Of a stretch of DNA of 64,000 nucleotides, positions 1-8,897 are shown in pieces; the first letter of the stretch is position 1; the number at the start of each line of letters is the position of its first letter. The stretch is from an uncultured Gemmatimonadales bacterium (GTDB lineage Bacteria; Gemmatimonadota; Gemmatimonadetes; Longimicrobiales; Gaopeijiaceae). A program made the translations under genes and the position numbers. The notes beneath the pieces are model-generated. The model made no database searches, had not been told where the DNA came from, and was given only the letters and a program-made list of their open reading frames with translations. The stretch spans positions 2,240,001 to 2,304,000 of the forward strand of contig CAWELD010000003.1 in assembly GCA_963809895.1 (NCBI GenBank), read 5' to 3'.

Positions 1-558
1 GTGATCGGCGGGCTTGGGGACCGCACCCAGCAGCCCCTCTCCCACCGACGTGGTGGCCACAGCCCGATGGCACATCGTGCAGTTGGTGGCCGCCGTCATG
101 TGCGACTGGGGATCCCTGCCGTGGCAGGTGAAACACCGGTCCGGCGACAGCGACACCACCGCCATGGTCGGACCACCCTCCGCCACGTGGCACGAAGCGC
201 ACTGGACATCCCGCCCTTCCCGGGCTGCCCGACTCGCGTGGGCCGGATGGTCGAAGCGCAGGAACGGCACCTGCCGCTCCGGAGGCGTCCAGCTCACGCG
301 CCTCTGGTCTTCGCCGTTGTGGCAGTTCTGACAGAGGTCCGGGCTCGGCAGAAAGCGAGCCGAGTCACCGGTGGGGATCCCCGTGTGACATCCCGTGCAC
401 AGGGGGAACAGGCCCTGGTGGCGCTGGTGGGGGAATCCCCTGCGACGGGCCGTCTGCTGCGCACCCGTCTGCTGGGCCGCCACGGGCTCGTGCACCACCG
501 CGACCGCCGGCAGCGCCAGCGCCAGCATCATGATCAGGCGAGAGACGAGGCGTTTCAT
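1..558 (-). CDS. Multiheme cytochrome c, exported (partial; runs off the window start; not in ORF track)
   Basis: Manual translation from ATG at 558 (ATGA overlap with the upstream stop at 555-557): MKRLVSRLIMMLALALPAVAVVHEPVAAQQ signal peptide, then CTGCH, CQNCH, CASCH, CFTCH, CTMCH with FPHQRH and FDHPAH distal-His motifs. Open for 186 codons to the edge. Confidence 0.93.
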   Translation of the reverse strand, partial: MKRLVSRLIMMLALALPAVAVVHEPVAAQQTGAQQTARRRGFPHQRHQGLFPLCTGCHTGIPTGDSARFLPSPDLCQNCHNGEDQRRVSWTPPERQVPFLRFDHPAHASRAAREGRDVQCASCHVAEGGPTMAVVSLSPDRCFTCHGRDPQSHMTAATNCTMCHRAVATTSVGEGLLGAVPKPADH

Positions 559-2021
559 CGTGCCCTCCGGCGGAGGCCCGGGTCCTCACCGAATGCGTAC
601 CGGAGCCCGAACCAGCTCCGGTTCTGATTCCAGACATCGTCGGGCGCGTCCCGTCCGGCGTCCTGACGGAGGACCAGGAATCCGCCGTTCAGGCTCACCC
701 GCGGCGACACCTCCCAGGTGCCGTCGAGCCCTCCGCCCACGGCCCGGCCGTCTCCGACCCGGAAGGCCTCGAACTGCTGGAAGCTGGTCCCGGTGAGGCG
801 CAGGCTGAGCGAGGAGAAGGGCTGGTACCGGACCGCGGCATCCACCGACTGCAGGAAGGCCGAGGCCCCCCAGTCGATCCGGTACGAAGCCTCCAGGCGC
901 ACGGCATCCGACGCGCCCCAGAATCCCGTGGCCTCGCCCTGCCAGCCGGTGTCCTCCAGCGGTCGGAAGACCGAGGTCGTGGAGGGATCCCCGTAGCTGC
1001 GACGCGCGAAGGCGAGTTGCACGCCGGTGCCCCGGGACAGGCCTGCGCTCACGCGGATGCGGCCCTCGTGATACGGCACCGGGCTGAAGAAGCCCCATAC
1101 GGTCGACAGCTCGAAGTACGGCACGTAGCGCCGCGCCTCCACCTCGGTGAGCAAACGTCCCGACCAGAAGGCCCGCTGCAGCGTCAGGTGAGCCTTGCCC
1201 ACCCGGTCGAAGGGCACGTCGTAGTCCACCGAGCCCCGGACGCGCACCGCCCACGGCAGCACCGAGGCCATGTCGAGCGACGCACGTTCGCCCACCAGCC
1301 CGGATCGGTCGGCGATGATCTCGCGCTGGTAGCGGGCCGCCATGGAGGTGGCGCCGAGGCGGAAGCCCGCCGCGCCGCCCCACAGATACGCCTCCTGATC
1401 GGGCACGAAGTCCTCGATGCCCCGGAGGGCCTCCCGGCGGGTCTCGCTGAGACCCCTGGCCAGGCTACGGCCTCCGTAGGCCTCCACCCACCAGGTCGGC
1501 TCGTCCCAACGCACCGCGCCACCGTCGAAGCCGCTGAAGCCCAGCCCCGACGGCGTCTCCTGCCGTCCGGCCCGCAGCCGCAGGCGGCCCCGTTGAAGCT
1601 GCGCGTAGCCGACCAGGACGTCGAAGCGGTCGTCGGACAGCGGCCAGGTCAGGTCGCCGGAGAGCTGATCGCGCCCCCGGACCAGGCCCGTGAAGCTGAG
1701 ACCCTGCATCCCCAGTCCCCAGGCCGTGAAGCCCACGTCCTGTGATCCGAGCCAGGCGCCCTGCACCGCATCGGGCCGATAGAAGACGCACGGTGAGGTG
1801 GCGTCGCACTGGACGGCCCGGCCGTCCACGCGAAACACACCGTCGGGACCCTGAACGATCTCCTCGGGCTGGGCCGTGTCGGCCATGATGGGCCGCAACT
1901 CGAAATAGCGCACCGTGGTGCTGGCCCATCCACGCACGCCCTGCCCCGCGAGGGAGCCGGCGCATGCGAGGAGGGTTGCGAGGGCCAGGACCGCCGAACG
2001 GACGGGCCGGGCGGACGTCAT
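555..2021 (-). CDS. Putative outer-membrane beta-barrel (porin) of a cytochrome operon, 488 aa
   Basis: True start MTSARPVRSAVLALATLLACAGSLAG at 2021 (ATGA overlap with stop at 2018-2020). Signal peptide, many alternating Gly/aromatic strands, C-terminal WFGLRYAF strand, no heme motifs. Lies between multiheme cytochrome genes. Confidence 0.72.
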   Translation of the reverse strand: MTSARPVRSAVLALATLLACAGSLAGQGVRGWASTTVRYFELRPIMADTAQPEEIVQGPDGVFRVDGRAVQCDATSPCVFYRPDAVQGAWLGSQDVGFTAWGLGMQGLSFTGLVRGRDQLSGDLTWPLSDDRFDVLVGYAQLQRGRLRLRAGRQETPSGLGFSGFDGGAVRWDEPTWWVEAYGGRSLARGLSETRREALRGIEDFVPDQEAYLWGGAAGFRLGATSMAARYQREIIADRSGLVGERASLDMASVLPWAVRVRGSVDYDVPFDRVGKAHLTLQRAFWSGRLLTEVEARRYVPYFELSTVWGFFSPVPYHEGRIRVSAGLSRGTGVQLAFARRSYGDPSTTSVFRPLEDTGWQGEATGFWGASDAVRLEASYRIDWGASAFLQSVDAAVRYQPFSSLSLRLTGTSFQQFEAFRVGDGRAVGGGLDGTWEVSPRVSLNGGFLVLRQDAGRDAPDDVWNQNRSWFGLRYAFGEDPGLRRRAR

Positions 2022-3787
2022 GGTTTCGTCCCTCCAGGGACGTCGGGCAGCACGTGGCAGACGACGCACTCCCGCCCTGGCTGGTGATCCTGCTGTGCCT
2101 GGTGGCACACGAGGCAGGCGTTCCGCTGCCGGGGCACGCCCTGGAAGGGCGGAGTGACGTGACACGCGCTGCCGGTACAGCCCACGTGTGCGGTGGCGGT
2201 ATGGGCGGATGCAGGCGGCTGCACGTGGCACGAGGTGCACTGCGCCGTCGCCTGATGGTGATCCTCGTGACAACTGTTGCACGCGGTCTGGTCCACCGGA
2301 CGTTGCAGACCGCTGCCGTGGCAGGTCGAGCACTCCACCCGCTGGTGGTTCCCGTGGTCGAACGGCAGCTCCCGCATGATCGGTTGGGGAGCCACGCTCA
2401 GGTCCATCTCCTTGTCGATGGAGAGCGCCGTGCCGTTGAGCGAGCCCGGCACGTGGCAGTTCTGGCACTGGTTCGAGGTCGGACCCTGGTGGTGGCAGCT
2501 CCGGCAGTCCTGGATGCCCTGGAGCTTGACCGCCCCGTGTCGATCCGACGACGAGTGACATTCGGTACAGGCCACGGTGCGGTGGTCGGCGTGCTGGAAG
2601 ACCACCTGCCTGCGGCCCGGGGTCGCCTGGGCAGGGCTCTCTCGCACGGCGACGTCGCCACTGCTCCGGGCGCCGTGTCGATAGAGTCCCGGAGGGATCG
2701 TCAGGTCCAACGTCGCGAAGCGCACCCCCGGCACCGGATCCGACATGGGAACCGCCGCAGGCACCGCCACCGGCGCCGCCGACGCGGTGCGCCCCGGTGT
2801 CGCCGACGCCGAATCCCCTGCTCCGGGCTCACGCCGCTGGAAGATGTCCTGGTGGCAGGCGAGGCAGTCGTCGCCCTGCACGCGGAAGGTGTGCGCCTTG
2901 TGGCAGGTCGTGCAGTCCTCGACGTCGCGGTGGTTGAGCCCGCGATGGAACGGGCTCAGTGTCTCGACGTTGTCGTGGCACCCGGACTGCGCGCAGGTCT
3001 CCACCGCCTGATGCGGCGTGGTCTGCGTATGGGGGTTGTGGCATGTGGAGCACACCGCCCGGTGCGGCTCGTCAGGCGGGATGTCCACCAATGTTCGCAT
3101 GACGTGACACGACAGGCATTCGTTGCTCGTCGGCGCCAGTACGGCCCGGGCCTGCGTGACGCTGGTCTGCGCCTCCACCGGGGCGTTGAACGAATGACAC
3201 GCCACACAGTGGATTGTGAAATTGCCCATCTTGCCCAGCTGGATCTTGACGTCCGTATGACAGCCGGACTGCGCGCAGGTCTCGTCGGTGGCAGCAAACT
3301 GATGCAGTGACGTGGAGTGGCACTGCACGCACTGGAGTCCCTGAAGCGACGGATCGTCGGATTCCAGGTGGACCCGATGCCCCGCGGTGTTGGCGATCAC
3401 CTCCCACTTCTCGGGATCTCCCTCGATGTGGCAGGACGCGCACTTCTCGTTGGGCACCTCGGCGTGTGTCGCCAGCGAGTCCGGCTGCTCGATGATCTGC
3501 GTGAGCGCCATCTGGCTGCGGGCCGCGAAGGTCGGATGGTGGCACGCCTTGCATCCCAGGCCCCGGTGCGCGCTCTGGGCGAACAGCTGATAGGGCTGCT
3601 GCATGAGGTGGCACGACAGGCAGAAGTCGTTGTCGTGCTGTACCCAGTCGTACGTCTGGTAGGCGTAGTAGCCGCCCGAGCCCACACCTGCCGCCCCCAG
3701 CAGGGCGACCGCGGACAGGACCCAAACAGGTCGCCGGGCGGCCCATCCGCGCATGCGGTGGACCGCCCGGCTTATCAACCCGTTCAC
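2018..3787 (-). CDS. Membrane-anchored multiheme cytochrome c, NapC/NrfH-like N-terminal domain; 17 CxxCH + 3 CX4CH
   Basis: N-terminal hydrophobic helix, then NDFCLSCHLM...SAH...CKACH (NapC/NrfH pattern with CxxCHxM). 17 CxxCH counted, plus CAQSGCH twice and CTGSACH. Pro/Ala linker in the middle. Confidence 0.92.
   Translation of the reverse strand: MNGLISRAVHRMRGWAARRPVWVLSAVALLGAAGVGSGGYYAYQTYDWVQHDNDFCLSCHLMQQPYQLFAQSAHRGLGCKACHHPTFAARSQMALTQIIEQPDSLATHAEVPNEKCASCHIEGDPEKWEVIANTAGHRVHLESDDPSLQGLQCVQCHSTSLHQFAATDETCAQSGCHTDVKIQLGKMGNFTIHCVACHSFNAPVEAQTSVTQARAVLAPTSNECLSCHVMRTLVDIPPDEPHRAVCSTCHNPHTQTTPHQAVETCAQSGCHDNVETLSPFHRGLNHRDVEDCTTCHKAHTFRVQGDDCLACHQDIFQRREPGAGDSASATPGRTASAAPVAVPAAVPMSDPVPGVRFATLDLTIPPGLYRHGARSSGDVAVRESPAQATPGRRQVVFQHADHRTVACTECHSSSDRHGAVKLQGIQDCRSCHHQGPTSNQCQNCHVPGSLNGTALSIDKEMDLSVAPQPIMRELPFDHGNHQRVECSTCHGSGLQRPVDQTACNSCHEDHHQATAQCTSCHVQPPASAHTATAHVGCTGSACHVTPPFQGVPRQRNACLVCHQAQQDHQPGRECVVCHVLPDVPGGTKP
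2982..3283. repeat. 20-nt exact direct repeat inside the cytochrome gene (ETCAQSG codons)
   Basis: ccggactgcgcgcaggtctc at 2982-3001 and 3264-3283. Confidence 0.85.
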
Positions 3788-3812
3788 GTGATTACCGTGT
3801 CGTGGCTGTCCG

Positions 3813-5249
3813 TCACTGCGTCGCGCCGACCAACTGGCGCTGGAGGCTCAGGCTGGGCGAGACCGCGGCCAGGCCGTAGTCCGCCTTGACCTGGCGGATG
3901 CTGCCGATGAGCAGCGCTTCCGTCAGGAAGGGGTTGTGGGCGGCAGTACCGCTCATCCGCGCCAGCTCCACGTTGAACTTCGCACCCTCGCCCGTGGTGT
4001 ACCGGTTGTCCGTGGTGCTGAACTCGGACGCGGGCACCTGGTCCACCAGCGCTTCCAGCTCGTCCGCCAGGTCGTTCAGGCGCACGTGAGCTGTGAAGAG
4101 CGCGCTGCGGGCCGCAGCCTCACTGCCGTGGCAGCCAGAGGCGGTGCAGGCACCGAAGGCCTTGTCGGTCTCCTCGCAATTGCCACCGGGCACCGGCACG
4201 CCGTTCTCGTCGAGGCAAGGCGTGGCTTCGAACAGGTGTCCCGCGACGCCCTGGATGAAGACCCCGTCGGCATCCGTGACGTCGAAGGCATTCACGTGAC
4301 AGCCGGCGCACAGCTCGGGGTTGGCCTCGGACCCGTGCGTGGCGATGACGCCGCCCGCCGGGATCTCGAGCATGGGAGGCCACCAGCCGCCCTCACCCAC
4401 CAGCAGGGGACCCTGCGGCGAATGGGGACCACGCGAGGACGTCGGATCCGGCTGTCCACGCTTGTGATGGCACTTCATGCACAGGTTCTCTTCGACGCTC
4501 GCAACGGTGATGGGGAACCGGAGCTGCGCCGTGTTCGGCGACCCGTGCGGATCGTGGCAGACACCGCAGGTGATGGGGAGGTGATCCCCGGCCTCGGCCG
4601 CCTGCTTCTCCAGATACGGATCGTTGATTCCCCAAGCGGCCAACGCGCCCTCGCCCGTGTGGCAGGACTGGCACTCTTCGTTGTCCGCCGCGTGGCTGTT
4701 GACCTCGGCGTGCAGCGACTGGCCCCACTCCTCGACGAACGGGTGGTGGGAGCCCTGGTGGCACTCACCGCAGCCGGTCGTCAGGTCGAGCCCCACCGAC
4801 AACGGCGCCAGCGGCACCGTCTGGGTCGTGGGATTCTCCACGTGGGTCAGGCCCGGACCATGACAGCTCTCACACTGGACGTCGTGATAGCGATCCTCCC
4901 CGGTGGCGTTGTAGCCGGCCGCATCGGTGACCGAGTTACCCAGCTCGTTGACCGTATGGCAGCCCTCGCACACGGCGGAGGCGTGCCCGCTGGCCTGCAG
5001 GCCTTCCCACGCACCGGCGTGCGCCGTGGTGGCCCACTGGGCCTGCGGGCTGACGTGGCAGTTGCCACAGGTCGTCAGCCCCTGATCCACATCGCTGTAC
5101 CCGAGCATTCCCTGGGCCGCCGGGAGAGGATCCGTGAACAGTTCGCGATCACGGAAGACAATCTTCTCATCGGTGCAGGACGTTGCGGCCAGGACGCCCA
5201 GGACCAGCGCGAGGGAGCCGCACGCAGCCCTCATGATTCCTGGTCTCAT
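3813..5249 (-). CDS. Multiheme cytochrome c lipoprotein; 8 CxxCH + 1 CX4CH
   Basis: Lipoprotein signal ...GVLAATS-C. CGNCH, CEGCH, CESCH, CGECH, CQSCH, CGVCH, CMKCH, CAGCH, plus CTASGCH. CxxCH-x7-W-x3-H c554-like repeats and C-terminal AHNP motif. Confidence 0.92.
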   Translation of the reverse strand: MRPGIMRAACGSLALVLGVLAATSCTDEKIVFRDRELFTDPLPAAQGMLGYSDVDQGLTTCGNCHVSPQAQWATTAHAGAWEGLQASGHASAVCEGCHTVNELGNSVTDAAGYNATGEDRYHDVQCESCHGPGLTHVENPTTQTVPLAPLSVGLDLTTGCGECHQGSHHPFVEEWGQSLHAEVNSHAADNEECQSCHTGEGALAAWGINDPYLEKQAAEAGDHLPITCGVCHDPHGSPNTAQLRFPITVASVEENLCMKCHHKRGQPDPTSSRGPHSPQGPLLVGEGGWWPPMLEIPAGGVIATHGSEANPELCAGCHVNAFDVTDADGVFIQGVAGHLFEATPCLDENGVPVPGGNCEETDKAFGACTASGCHGSEAAARSALFTAHVRLNDLADELEALVDQVPASEFSTTDNRYTTGEGAKFNVELARMSGTAAHNPFLTEALLIGSIRQVKADYGLAAVSPSLSLQRQLVGATQ

Positions 5250-5311
5250 CTCTTGTCGCCCCCACCCGGCTTCATCCGGGCCATTCGGGTGACTGTTAGT
5301 TGCTTCGCTAG

Positions 5312-5434
5312 AACGGGTCAGAGGACCCGTTGGGAGGGTGCTTCTAGTATCGCCTCCGTAGATCTACGGATGCAAGGGAGGGCGGACCGTTTTGGCGTCG
5401 GGATTCGTAACCGTTCTGTGAAGGGGATTCCCCT
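5312..5434 (-). promoter_or_regulatory. Putative sigma70 promoter and operator palindromes of the cytochrome operon
   Basis: Minus strand TTGCAT(5375-5370)-N18-GATACT(5351-5346). Perfect 16-bp palindrome TCCGTAGATCTACGGA at 5355-5370. Further inverted repeats AACGGGTC-N4-GACCCGTT (5312-5331) and AGGGGA-T-TCCCCT (5422-5434). Confidence 0.5.
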
Positions 5435-5499
5435 ACACGACCCCGAATGCCGCATCGCGTTGCGACACACCGGACGGTTGTGGGCTTCGGGCGCACGAC

Positions 5500-6045
5500 C
5501 TACCCGCCGGAGGCAGCGGTGCAGGAGCCGGCTTGCAGCCGCCACCGGCGCGGCGAGGGATCGTCACTCCCGCCGTCCACCGTCACCGTCAGCCCCGACC
5601 GGGAGCGCTCGTAGCGGATCCGCTTCGGATACTCGTGCTGCGGTGCCTCGAAGCTCGCCCATCCCCGGCCGGCCGCCCGGAGCACGAAAAGGTCTTCGGA
5701 CGCCCGCCCCTTCGGGTGTGGCAGAAGAGCCGGGCCCTCGGGCGTGGCTCGCAGCGCCGAAAACTCGAAGTCCACGGCGCGGCCATCGCGGAAGTACCGG
5801 GTGGTCCCCAGCATCATGCCGGCTTCCGGCGGCGTCCAGCGCTCATCGATGACGGTGCGTCCGTCGCTGCTGGTGCCCCGCCAGCATCCCGCCATGAAGG
5901 CCACGCTCGCCAGAGGGCCGGCCCCCGGAGGTCTGGCCTCGACGGGATCCAGCCGCACGTCCGGCGTGACCCGGCTCCCGCCCATGCACGCGACCGGTGC
6001 CAGCGCGCAGAGGCACAGCAGCAGACCCGCCCCCCGGAGCCCCAT
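5500..6045 (-). CDS. DUF6265-like exported/lipoprotein
   Basis: Signal ending in PVAC; motifs FMAGCWRG, ERWTPP, MLG, HEYPKRIRY resemble DUF6265. Confidence 0.7.
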   Translation of the reverse strand: MGLRGAGLLLCLCALAPVACMGGSRVTPDVRLDPVEARPPGAGPLASVAFMAGCWRGTSSDGRTVIDERWTPPEAGMMLGTTRYFRDGRAVDFEFSALRATPEGPALLPHPKGRASEDLFVLRAAGRGWASFEAPQHEYPKRIRYERSRSGLTVTVDGGSDDPSPRRWRLQAGSCTAASGG

Positions 6046-6047
6046 CG

Positions 6048-7232
6048 TCAGAACGCGGCCAGGCCCGTGACCGCCTGGCCCAGCACCAGGGAGTGGATGT
6101 CGTGCGTCCCCTCGTAGGTGTAGACCGACTCCAGGTTGGCCATGTGCCGCATGGAGTGGTATTCCACCAGGATCCCGTTGGCGCCCAGCAGCCGCCGCGC
6201 TTCGCGCGCGACCTCGCAGGCCATGTCCACGTTGGCGCGCTTGGCCAGCGACACCTGCTGCGGCGTCATGGTGCCCCGGTCCTTCAGGCGGCCAAGCTGG
6301 AGCACGAGGAGCTGCGCCTGGGTGATCCCCGTGAGCATCTCGGCCAGACGCACCTGCTGGATCTGCTTGGCGCCGATGGGCTCGCCGAACATGACCCGCT
6401 CAACGGCGTAGCTCCTCGCTTCGTCGAAGCACGCCATGGCGGCGCCCACGGCACCCCACGCGATCCCGTAACGGGCCTGGGTGAGGCACATGAGCGGGTG
6501 CTTGAGGCCGCCGTCGCTTCCGGGCATGAGCGCCGAGTCGGGCACCTCCACGTCTTCCATGTGCAGCTCGCTGGTGTCGGACGCGAGCAGCGACAGCTTG
6601 CCCTTCTGATCGCGGGCCGCGAATCCGGGCGTGTCGGTGGGCACCACGAACCCGCGAATCCCCCTGGGGTCACCGATGTCGCCGGTCTGCGCCCACACCA
6701 CCGCCACGTCGGCCATGGAGCCGTTGGTGATCCACATCTTGGTGCCGTTGAGCACCCAGCCACCGTCCACCTTCTTGGCGGTGGTGATCATCCCGCCCGG
6801 GTTGGAGCCGTAGTCGGGCTCGGTGAGGCCGAAGCAGCCGATCTTCTCCCCACTGGCCAGCAGCGGAAGCCACTCGCTCCGGTGCTCCTCGCTCCCGAAG
6901 CTGAAGATGGGATACATGACCAGCGCTCCCTGCACGGAGGCGAAGGAGCGCAGCCCGGAATCCCCCCGCTCCAGCTCCTGCATGATCAGCCCGTAGGCCA
7001 CGTTGTTCAGCCCCGCGCAGCCGTACGTTTCGGGCAGATTCGCGCCCAGCATCCCCAGCTCGCCGAGCTCGGGAATCAGCTCCGTGGGAAAACGGTGCTC
7101 GATGTAGGCGTCGCCGATGACCGGCATGACACGGTCCTCGACCCATTGCCGGACAGTGTCGCGGATCATCCGCTCCTCTTCGTCCAGGAGCGAGTCCATG
7201 TCGTAGAAATCGATGCCCTCGAAGGTGCTCAT
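6048..7232 (-). CDS. Acyl-CoA dehydrogenase, glutaryl-CoA dehydrogenase-like
   Basis: Start MSTFEGIDFY at 7232. GCFGLTEPDYGSNP, KMWITN, LGANGI, YTYEGTHDIH motifs. Confidence 0.9.
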   Translation of the reverse strand: MSTFEGIDFYDMDSLLDEEERMIRDTVRQWVEDRVMPVIGDAYIEHRFPTELIPELGELGMLGANLPETYGCAGLNNVAYGLIMQELERGDSGLRSFASVQGALVMYPIFSFGSEEHRSEWLPLLASGEKIGCFGLTEPDYGSNPGGMITTAKKVDGGWVLNGTKMWITNGSMADVAVVWAQTGDIGDPRGIRGFVVPTDTPGFAARDQKGKLSLLASDTSELHMEDVEVPDSALMPGSDGGLKHPLMCLTQARYGIAWGAVGAAMACFDEARSYAVERVMFGEPIGAKQIQQVRLAEMLTGITQAQLLVLQLGRLKDRGTMTPQQVSLAKRANVDMACEVAREARRLLGANGILVEYHSMRHMANLESVYTYEGTHDIHSLVLGQAVTGLAAF

Positions 7233-7281
7233 GATGTCCTCGAAGCAGGGGTCCCGCGAGTCGGTATGACGTGGTTGTGGC

Positions 7282-8532
7282 TCAAGGCTCGCCCTTCCGC
7301 GAGCGGCTGACAAGGTGGTCCTCGGCAGGAGGTCCGAGGACCCCGTCCCGCCGGAGCTCGGCGATGGCGTCGTCGTCGTAGCCCAGCTCCCGGAGCACGG
7401 CCTCGGTGTGGGCTCCGGGCTCGGCCGAGGGATGGCGCACACCGGGGCGTCGGCCGTCGAAGCGGAGGGGAAGCGCTACCGTGGCGCGGGCCCGGCCCAC
7501 CTCGTCCTCCGCCTGCGTCAGCATGCCGGCAGCATCGGTCTGCGGCTCCGCCAGCACCCCCGGCATATCCAGGATCGGCGCGCACGGCACTCCGGCCTCG
7601 CGCAGCCGGTCGAGGAGCTCCGACGACGAGAGCTCCGCCGTGCGCGCGGCCACCGCCTCGTTGAGCTCCGCACGATGCGCGACACGGTCGGGATTGTGGG
7701 CGAAGCGTGGGTCACCCGAGGCCTCGTCGAGCGCCAGCGCCCGGCACAGGCGCTGAAACAGCGCGTCGCTCCCCACGGCCACCATGACCGGCGCGTCTCG
7801 GGTCGGGAAGGCACCGTAGGGACAGATCAGGGGAAGCTCGGTCCCGTGACGGCCGGCGACAGCGCCGCCCAGCGCTCCCAGCAGATGGTACCCGCTCAGC
7901 GCCAGCGCGGTGTCGAAGAGCGAGGCGCTCACCCGCGAGCCCCGTCCGGTGCGCTCCCGCTCCCGGAGGGCCGCCAGCACCGCGAGCGCCGTCCACATCC
8001 CGGTGCTCATGTCCACCACCGAGGTCCCCACGCGCACGGGCTCGCGCCCGGGCTCGCCGGTGCACCACATGATACCCCCGTGGGCCTGCATGAGGGGCTC
8101 GTATCCGGGGAGCGTGGCCAACGGACCCTCTTCGCCGTACGCCAGAACCGAGGCGTAGATCAGGCGCGGGTTGAGCGCGCGGGCCGCGTGCCATCCCAGC
8201 CCGAGATCGTCCAGCGCACCGGGCCGGAGCGACTGTACGAGCACGTCGGCCTCGGCCACCAGGCGGCGGAGCGCCTCCATGCCGCGCGCGTCGGTCAGGT
8301 CCAGGCGCACGACCCGCTTGTCGGGGTTCGCCAGGGCGAAGATGGTGCCCTGGCCGCTCTGGAAAGGCGGACCCCAGGCGCGGGCGGCGTCGCCCTCCGG
8401 CGGCTCCACCTTCACGACCCCGGCGCCCAGTCCCGCCAGGATACGGGCACACCAGGGACCCGCGAGGTTCTGGGCGACCTCCACCACCCGGATGCCCGCC
8501 AGTGTCCGGGCCGGATCGGGCCCGTCGCTCAC
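7282..8532 (-). CDS. Family III (CaiB/BaiF) CoA transferase
   Basis: LAGIRVVEVAQNLAGPW, VKVEPPEGD, catalytic-type Asp in SVVDMSTG, GAHTEAVL. Confidence 0.9.
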   Translation of the reverse strand: MSDGPDPARTLAGIRVVEVAQNLAGPWCARILAGLGAGVVKVEPPEGDAARAWGPPFQSGQGTIFALANPDKRVVRLDLTDARGMEALRRLVAEADVLVQSLRPGALDDLGLGWHAARALNPRLIYASVLAYGEEGPLATLPGYEPLMQAHGGIMWCTGEPGREPVRVGTSVVDMSTGMWTALAVLAALRERERTGRGSRVSASLFDTALALSGYHLLGALGGAVAGRHGTELPLICPYGAFPTRDAPVMVAVGSDALFQRLCRALALDEASGDPRFAHNPDRVAHRAELNEAVAARTAELSSSELLDRLREAGVPCAPILDMPGVLAEPQTDAAGMLTQAEDEVGRARATVALPLRFDGRRPGVRHPSAEPGAHTEAVLRELGYDDDAIAELRRDGVLGPPAEDHLVSRSRKGEP

Positions 8533-8897
8533 GATGCGTCGGACAGCGTCGGGGGGGCGGCCTCCGCCGCCCGACGATTCTTGAAGCGCATGACGCCGTA
8601 GGTCAGCTCACGGGCGACCTTGGAGCCGATCCACGCCATGGCCACCACGGTGGCGATCCATCCCCCCACCACCAGATTCGACGGGTGGACCACGAGCCAG
8701 ATCCAGGCAGCGAGCAGAAGGGCCGCCCCGACTCCGGCCAGCCAACCGATCCATCCCGCGCGCGCTCGCGCACGCTCGCGGCAGTCCCGGCACCAGAGCA
8801 GGCGATCCACCTGCGCCGTGTCCCGCACCTCCAGGCAACGGACGCAGGTCACCTCTTCACCGAACCGGTCCCGCCACGACACCTCTCGTTCAGCCAA
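8529..8897 (-). CDS. Small membrane protein with CxxC...CxxC zinc-ribbon-like motif and two TM helices
   Basis: CVRC and CRDC followed by two hydrophobic segments. Overlaps both neighbours (translational coupling). Confidence 0.75.
   Translation of the reverse strand: MAEREVSWRDRFGEEVTCVRCLEVRDTAQVDRLLWCRDCRERARARAGWIGWLAGVGAALLLAAWIWLVVHPSNLVVGGWIATVVAMAWIGSKVARELTYGVMRFKNRRAAEAAPPTLSDAS

Noticed and set aside
1..627. 208-aa plus-strand ORF
   Set aside because: Antisense shadow of the minus-strand cytochrome gene; Arg/His-rich with no motifs.
2022..2561. N-terminal extension of the barrel ORF (similar over-long starts at 7442, 10254, 11447, 18949, 19943, 23785, 50337, 58040, 58306)
   Set aside because: They overlap real upstream genes; signal peptides, RBSs and stop/start overlaps point to the shorter starts.
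3813..5249. NrfA-type nitrite reductase call for the lipoprotein cytochrome
   Set aside because: No CxxCK motif; all canonical motifs are CxxCH.
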